A stretch of 32,000 bases of DNA from an uncultured archaeon. GTDB taxonomy: Archaea; Asgardarchaeota; Thorarchaeia; Thorarchaeales; Thorarchaeaceae. The stretch covers positions 30,001 through 62,000 of the forward strand of contig CAZYLT010000003.1 in the NCBI GenBank assembly GCA_964648855.1, given 5' to 3'. Position 1 is the first letter of the stretch. Each line of letters starts with the position of its first letter. The translations under genes were made by a program, and so were the position numbers. A model generated the notes under the pieces. It did not search any database and was not told the origin of the DNA. It saw only the letters and a program-made list of their open reading frames with translations. Shown piece after piece: positions 26,490 through 32,000 of this stretch.

Positions 26490-28684
26490 GCCAATCCGGA
26501 ATGGGCAAGCGCATTGTAACTTGGCTTGAATCATCTGGCATCTCCCCGCGAGGAGTACAGCTTGAAGCAATGGAGGCGGGATTGCTTGAGGGTAACAGTG
26601 TCTTGGTATGTAGTCCAACCGGGTCGGGGAAGACATTGATCGGCGAGATGGCTATGCTTCGTGCGGTAAACTCGGGATTCAGAGGCATCTATCTTGTTCC
26701 CCTGAGAGCACTCGCTTTTCAAATCGCAGCGAACATGAAGAAGCGTTACGAGCAATATAATATCCGAATTGGCATTTCAACGGGCGACTTCGAATCTAAT
26801 GGTTCTGAGATTTTGGATTATGATATACTTGTTACAACCTACGAGAGAGCAGACTCGCTTCTGCGGCATAATTCAGTTTGGATGAATGAGATTGGCACTA
26901 TGTGTGTAGACGAAGTACAAAACATATCGGACCGATTAAGGGGGGCGCGCTTGGAGAGTGTAATGGTTCGAATGATACGGCTGATACCGGACTTGCAGAT
27001 TGTTGCGCTTTCGGCAACAATTGAATCTCCTGAACAGTTGGCAGACTGGCTTGGCGCTGAACTTGTGTTGAATACTGAACGCCCGGTTCCGCTACATACT
27101 GCAGTCAGTATTAATCCTAGTAGAGATGAAGGCATCAAGAAATTTGCTATGACTACTGTTCAAAGAGATGGTCAATGTCTCATCTTCAATCGGACAAGAA
27201 ATTCGGCTGAGAGTACTGCATTGAAGCTAGCCGAACACGTTGCAAAGCAGCTTCGAGTGGAAGAGAATATCAAAATTCAACAGATGTTAGATTCTCTTGA
27301 GTATGTCAACGTCCAGATTCCACGCGAGCTGCGTCATTGTCTCTCCAATGGTGTAGGATATCACCATGCGGGTCTCAGAAGCTCTGCTCGTCATCTTGTT
27401 GAAGAAATGTTCCGAGAGGGCTTAATTCGGATAATTTCGTCGACCACCACTCTTGCATCTGGCATGGATCTTCCAGCTCGCACTGTGATAATATCAGACA
27501 TTCGTAGTCCTCATGATTACAGAGAGTTGTTGCCAACAAATAGAGTACACCAGATGCTTGGCAGAGCTGGAAGGCCTGGCATGGACAGACGAGGTTTTGG
27601 AGTCATCATTGTAGATTGCAAAGGACAACAGCGAGAAGTCGTATCCAGATACTTCGAGAGCATCAAGGATGAAGCAACAGGCACAGTGATGCTGACACCG
27701 AAGTATGATCCAGTGATTAGTCACTTCGGAAACTCAAGCTCTCTAGAAGAGCAATTGCTAATCGTTCTTGATAAGGAACGAAAGGCGGCTCTCGAGGAAA
27801 TTGAAGATGGCATTCTGGCTGAATCGTTCTATACTCATCAAGGAATAAGAAATGTGAAGGCGCCAATGCGTTTGCTGTGCATTAATGAGGTGACAGCTGA
27901 AAGCGCAATTGAACGTCATGCGTTACTGGAAACAGTCCGTGCTGCACGTAACGGAGTACTAGGAACCGCAACAATAAGAGAAACAACCAATGAGGTTCTT
28001 GGCGGAATGATTAGCGGTACGTTGGAGGGAACGGCAAGTTGCAGGTTTTCTGTACGCTCGACAGTTAACGGCTTACTAGAGGGTCCGATGTGTTCATGCG
28101 GCCAATCACTAGAAGATGGAATATTATGTGAGCATCTTGTGATTCTGGGACTGAAAGCATCAAAAAGACACGAGAGTCTGGCAAATTATGTAATTCCACT
28201 TTCGCTGGGAGAAACCAGTCCACTTAGACGTTTGGTGAGAATGGGGTTGGTAGAGGGTGGAACTGACGGAATGCTAAGGATAACTAGGTTGGGCTCCTTA
28301 GTATCTCGATTGTACCTTCGGATCGGCACTGCCGCTGAGCTTCTGGCGTGGCTACCCACCATTAAAGACACTCAAGATGTCTTATCGTTGATACGTCACC
28401 TCGCCGCACTAGAGAGCGGTCGTGAATTTGACGAATCCTATGATGCTATCATAGCGCGACTTGCAGCAACGCGAGAATCGATGGAGGCCATATCACGTGA
28501 AACTGGCGTATCAGTTGGAGACCTTTACCTCCTTGCCGACCGAGCGAGGTGGCTGGCTTACGCAGTTATGGTGATTTCAGAACATGGGAAGTTGATGGAC
28601 ATTAGAAAAGCTGCAATGAATCTCTGGGAGGAGATTGATTCACGATTTTCAACCCTGGAGGATAATAGAAATGGTGACTACTGA
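26486..28684 (+). CDS. Ski2/Hel308-like SF2 3'-5' helicase with inserted SWIM zinc finger
   Basis: SPTGSGKT, VPLRALA, TYE, DEVQ, SAT, HHAGL, TTTLASG and QMLGRAGRPG; SWIM CSC-x9-CEH. Confidence 0.9.
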   Translation: MSQSGMGKRIVTWLESSGISPRGVQLEAMEAGLLEGNSVLVCSPTGSGKTLIGEMAMLRAVNSGFRGIYLVPLRALAFQIAANMKKRYEQYNIRIGISTGDFESNGSEILDYDILVTTYERADSLLRHNSVWMNEIGTMCVDEVQNISDRLRGARLESVMVRMIRLIPDLQIVALSATIESPEQLADWLGAELVLNTERPVPLHTAVSINPSRDEGIKKFAMTTVQRDGQCLIFNRTRNSAESTALKLAEHVAKQLRVEENIKIQQMLDSLEYVNVQIPRELRHCLSNGVGYHHAGLRSSARHLVEEMFREGLIRIISSTTTLASGMDLPARTVIISDIRSPHDYRELLPTNRVHQMLGRAGRPGMDRRGFGVIIVDCKGQQREVVSRYFESIKDEATGTVMLTPKYDPVISHFGNSSSLEEQLLIVLDKERKAALEEIEDGILAESFYTHQGIRNVKAPMRLLCINEVTAESAIERHALLETVRAARNGVLGTATIRETTNEVLGGMISGTLEGTASCRFSVRSTVNGLLEGPMCSCGQSLEDGILCEHLVILGLKASKRHESLANYVIPLSLGETSPLRRLVRMGLVEGGTDGMLRITRLGSLVSRLYLRIGTAAELLAWLPTIKDTQDVLSLIRHLAALESGREFDESYDAIIARLAATRESMEAISRETGVSVGDLYLLADRARWLAYAVMVISEHGKLMDIRKAAMNLWEEIDSRFSTLEDNRNGDY

Positions 28685-30335
28685 CACTAAAGAAGAATTA
28701 CCGATATCTGAAGAAAATCCTACTGAAGAAGACTTGGTGGGTAAGAGCACTACGTCTGAGAGTAGAGTAGAACTAGAAGAGAAATATGACATCGTGGATG
28801 TTCTTCAGCAAGCGAATCATATCACGAAGACCTACCCCAATGGAATCACATTGGGTATACGATTCAATCCAATATCTGGGGCAAGAACTGTTCATGCTGA
28901 TATGGTCTATGTCTTGGACTGGCGCAGAGCGACATTCCCGCGGAATTCAACCGCCATGAAAGCTGCAATTCTGGAGGTTATCGACCGAGATACAGTAGAT
29001 GTATTTAGAGACTTTGGTTTGGAACACAGACTGGATGTTCTGGAACGAAGGACCACGAAGGGCTCCGTATCATTACGTGTTTTGAAACAGGAGCGGGGCG
29101 AAAGGAAGTCTTTCTTCCACGAAACTCGCAGCGTCTACGTGGTCACCAAAGATACTGCTCCGCCCGTTGATTTCTCCTGGCTTACGGACCCTGGCCGTGT
29201 TGTCGGTGCTGACAATTTTCTGTTGGCTAGAAAAAGTGACATCCGTTCAGTGACCCCCGAAATCGAGAAACGGATTGAATCCCAGAAATGGGGTGTTCTT
29301 CAATCTGGAATTGAATTCAGTTGGGCAGGATTGCTTCTTGCAGTATTTTCCATGATTTCTGCTGGAACTGCTTTCTATGCTTACTTGAAACAAATCGCCA
29401 GCATCTGGTTTCCTCTTGCTGCGGCCATTGCGGGCGTATCTGCATGTCTTGGCAGTGTCATACTGGCCCGAAGAAGAATATCAGAATTCAATGAGCTACT
29501 GAGTATAGAAAGAGAGGATATCGAGCGAGTGGGCGATGACCATAGAATTCAGAAAACGAAGCTGAGCAACCAGAATCTGCTTGATACTCTTCGTACTATG
29601 CGATTTGTAATATCACCTCTTATGGGACGAGTAGTAGGGTCTCTTAATGTTAGGGACTTAAAGGGAGCGTATTTGGCTGGGGAAACTGTACTCGATGAGT
29701 TAGTCAGATTATCTCCCTATGAAGAGATGGAGAAAAAATCCGACTCTGGGTTGAACAAATTTCTAACTTTATTTCAATACTTGGACCCTGAGTATGATGA
29801 GGCTGCTCTCTCAATGGCTTATGTGGCATTCTCCGACCCTAGTTCAGGCATTATTGAGTCAGGACGGATTATTGATTATGCTAGTATCTTATTGGAAGGG
29901 CTCTATCGCAGTGGCATCATTCCGCCTGAATCCAAAGCACAAATGGATGAAAAATTGAGTGAACGAGGTCTGAAGGAATTCAAGGGCAAACTGGATGCAA
30001 CTTTCGCTGAGCTGGGCGAACCCGATATTGAAACGGCAGAAGCAGTCCATACAGAAACCGACGAGGATGATATTGACGCCCTTGAATCGCATGTGCTTGG
30101 GCTGATGGAGGAAGATGAACCCCTACCCAAACCAGTGTCACCTGATGGTGAAGTGTACTATGAAGAAGGTAGTAGCATTCCAGTCATTTTTGCTAGGACT
30201 GCTGATAGAGGACCCTTACAACGAGCAGAAGATAATCTGTCCACAAATGGGAATGTGTCTCCAACTGATGAAACGTCAGCTCACGTGGTAGAGCGGATGA
30301 TAAAGGGCAACAGCGGCAGCAAGAGAGGCGAATGA
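28671..30335 (+). CDS. Membrane protein with central TM hairpin and acidic termini
   Basis: ATG 28671 with GGAGGA RBS (alternative TTG 28635); TMs WAGLLLAVFSMISAGTAFYAYL and IWFPLAAAIAGVSACLGSVILA. Confidence 0.8.
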   Translation: MVTTDTKEELPISEENPTEEDLVGKSTTSESRVELEEKYDIVDVLQQANHITKTYPNGITLGIRFNPISGARTVHADMVYVLDWRRATFPRNSTAMKAAILEVIDRDTVDVFRDFGLEHRLDVLERRTTKGSVSLRVLKQERGERKSFFHETRSVYVVTKDTAPPVDFSWLTDPGRVVGADNFLLARKSDIRSVTPEIEKRIESQKWGVLQSGIEFSWAGLLLAVFSMISAGTAFYAYLKQIASIWFPLAAAIAGVSACLGSVILARRRISEFNELLSIEREDIERVGDDHRIQKTKLSNQNLLDTLRTMRFVISPLMGRVVGSLNVRDLKGAYLAGETVLDELVRLSPYEEMEKKSDSGLNKFLTLFQYLDPEYDEAALSMAYVAFSDPSSGIIESGRIIDYASILLEGLYRSGIIPPESKAQMDEKLSERGLKEFKGKLDATFAELGEPDIETAEAVHTETDEDDIDALESHVLGLMEEDEPLPKPVSPDGEVYYEEGSSIPVIFARTADRGPLQRAEDNLSTNGNVSPTDETSAHVVERMIKGNSGSKRGE

Positions 30336-30336
30336 T

Positions 30337-31014
30337 TTGCTCGACAATCCACTGAACAAATTGACTCAAGAGAAAACGATTACCCATATCGGAGGAGCCA
30401 GCGGATCAGGTAAGACCATTCTCGCCGCCGAGCTAGCAGCTCAGAAAAGCAGAACAAATTCAGTTGATTGGCTATGTGCTGATGGCAAAAGAGCCTTCAT
30501 TGGATATCTGAAACGTGCTGTGAAATCCTCTGGCGGAGTTCAGAGCAATCTCATTCTAACTGTCGCTGATAATCATCAGGATGTCTTACAGTCAATTCTA
30601 TCCACTCCCGATCGCCTAAGATCCAACACTGAATTCATCGTTGTTGATCCGATAACTAGGGTCTTGGATATGTCTCGTAAAGATGAGATTATGTGGGGCA
30701 GAACTCTCTTCGAAGAAGCACTACCCACCCTTGTAGGTTTGAGCATTCAGAGGGACCTATCGCTTTTGATAACTAGCGAAGTGAGATTTAGGGGCGACAA
30801 GACAACACCTGTATTCTGGGATACTCTCAGAACTTGGCTTGATGCTGACTTCTTAATCAAGAGACTACCCGATTCGAATATATCTGAAATCTATGACGTA
30901 ACTGACCCGAATACTGAGAATTTCTTAACGAGTTTTACAGTGAATGAAGACGGGCTTCACTTTATTGAAGACGAATCCAAAAGGGGGACAAAGGAAAATT
31001 GCTCGGAGGAATAG
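30337..31014 (+). CDS. RadB-like RecA-fold ATPase (core only)
   Basis: ITHIGGASGSGKT Walker A, IVVDPIT Walker B, LLITSEVR; no N-terminal HhH domain. Confidence 0.8.
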   Translation: MLDNPLNKLTQEKTITHIGGASGSGKTILAAELAAQKSRTNSVDWLCADGKRAFIGYLKRAVKSSGGVQSNLILTVADNHQDVLQSILSTPDRLRSNTEFIVVDPITRVLDMSRKDEIMWGRTLFEEALPTLVGLSIQRDLSLLITSEVRFRGDKTTPVFWDTLRTWLDADFLIKRLPDSNISEIYDVTDPNTENFLTSFTVNEDGLHFIEDESKRGTKENCSEE

Positions 31015-31952
31015 TATACCGCATAGTCAAATGGGCTATCATAGCTGCGGTTGCATTACTAATCGGCTCGCAGCTGATGTCCTCCGTGTATTCTATTGTG
31101 CTAGCGTTCAGATTGGGCAACTCAGTTCCCTTCATAGGAGTCTTACTTGTTGCTACAACTCTAGCCTGGCTATCAGGGAGAAATTACGATTGGAATCTGG
31201 CAGACCTTCTCATCAATGTCATTGCAGGTGTAGCTCTCACTCTTTCGATGCTCTCAGTCTTCTTTATACTTCTATCATATGGAGTTCTCATATCGATTAT
31301 CGGTAGCAGTGTTTATGTTGGACTTCTGACAATCATTCGTACACCGGAACTGGCTAAGCGAATGCATGAGAGCCAGATAGCAGGATCTCTTCAATATATG
31401 GATTGGATTTCTGGGACACAGAGCAAGGGTTTCTTGGTTCACAAGATGCTAGAAAGTCTGGACGTGTCGGTCTCCTTGCTGCCGACTGGGAGCATCAGCA
31501 GAATCCTGCCACTATTGAAAGATAGACCACGGCTTCCCATTGTCATTACCCATTTCTTGGATGCCGATGCTCTCTTTGTCAGAAACCCACACTCAGAAAA
31601 GATGAACAAAATCCTTGAGTTACTGAAAACCGTGGACGTGCTGCCGCTGAACACACCATCTAACTTTTTTTCGCGATTTATCCTGAGCCTTCCCATGTTG
31701 GACAATAGTGAATCCCATCATGATTACGTAGTTGTTCAAGATGCCTCTGCCGTCGAGAGGTTGCTATCAGAGGAGTTAGCAGAATTAACCCTCTACGCCT
31801 CTCCTATTGGGCCCGTAATGGTGGTCGCGAAAAGCGATGCCTTAGGGATGGATGCAGTTGACATCCCAAAACGCTATTTGCCAACTATCCTCGTCAAACG
31901 AGATATTGAGGGATTGTTATCTTCAATTGAGGTGGAGCCGGCTGCCAAGTAA
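30999..31952 (+). CDS. Membrane protein, about 4 N-terminal TM + soluble domain
   Basis: First about 110 aa strongly hydrophobic; overlaps the upstream gene by 16 nt. Confidence 0.8.
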   Translation: MLGGIVYRIVKWAIIAAVALLIGSQLMSSVYSIVLAFRLGNSVPFIGVLLVATTLAWLSGRNYDWNLADLLINVIAGVALTLSMLSVFFILLSYGVLISIIGSSVYVGLLTIIRTPELAKRMHESQIAGSLQYMDWISGTQSKGFLVHKMLESLDVSVSLLPTGSISRILPLLKDRPRLPIVITHFLDADALFVRNPHSEKMNKILELLKTVDVLPLNTPSNFFSRFILSLPMLDNSESHHDYVVVQDASAVERLLSEELAELTLYASPIGPVMVVAKSDALGMDAVDIPKRYLPTILVKRDIEGLLSSIEVEPAAK

Positions 31953-32000
31953 GACTCTCACTCTAGACAACGCAGAGGAGAATGACCTATCAATAGTGGC
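31942..32000 (+). CDS. Possible next operon gene (partial, CTG start)
   Basis: GAGGTGG RBS-like sequence at about 31929-31935, then CTG CCA AGT AAG... (MPSKTLTLDNAEENDLSIV) open to the window end. Confidence 0.4.
   Translation, partial: MPSKTLTLDNAEENDLSIV

Noticed and set aside
18413-32000. Operon as provirus, ICE or known defence system
   Set aside because: No integrase, relaxase, capsid, primase, att repeat, nuclease effector or cas gene recognised in the window; cannot be excluded beyond the right edge
1-32000. tRNA, rRNA, CRISPR arrays, transposases, and the many short antisense or nested ORFs in the track
   Set aside because: No such RNA or repeat patterns seen by eye; the short ORFs lie within well-supported genes

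Overview
Archaeal chromosomal DNA, most plausibly from an Asgard archaeon (Thorarchaeia-like). This is an inference from the archaeal-type SAM synthetase and TrpRS, the RadA/XPD/Hel308-type proteins, tandem 'GSGTxEDPYII' beta-helix surface proteins and a CINP/C1orf109-like protein. The left half (1-12.8 kb) is mostly housekeeping and envelope genes: partial SPFH protein, MBL hydrolase, GT-C mannosyltransferase, SDR, mat divergent from an HTH-CBS regulator, a CINP-like protein, two beta-helix proteins and trpS. The middle holds an abutting GH3 amide synthetase + PRK08223-type ThiF gene pair, a candidate small-molecule biosynthetic unit. The right 13.6 kb is one tightly coupled operon of at least 13 genes that probably runs off the window end. 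It mixes a divergent full-length RadA paralogue, a RadB-like protein, an Fe-S XPD/DinG helicase and a SWIM-containing Hel308-like helicase with four other membrane proteins and a membrane-anchored HerA/VirB4-family pseudo-ATPase. This operon is the best candidate for an undescribed system (membrane-coupled DNA transfer and recombination). All family assignments come from motif recognition by eye; no database searches were run.
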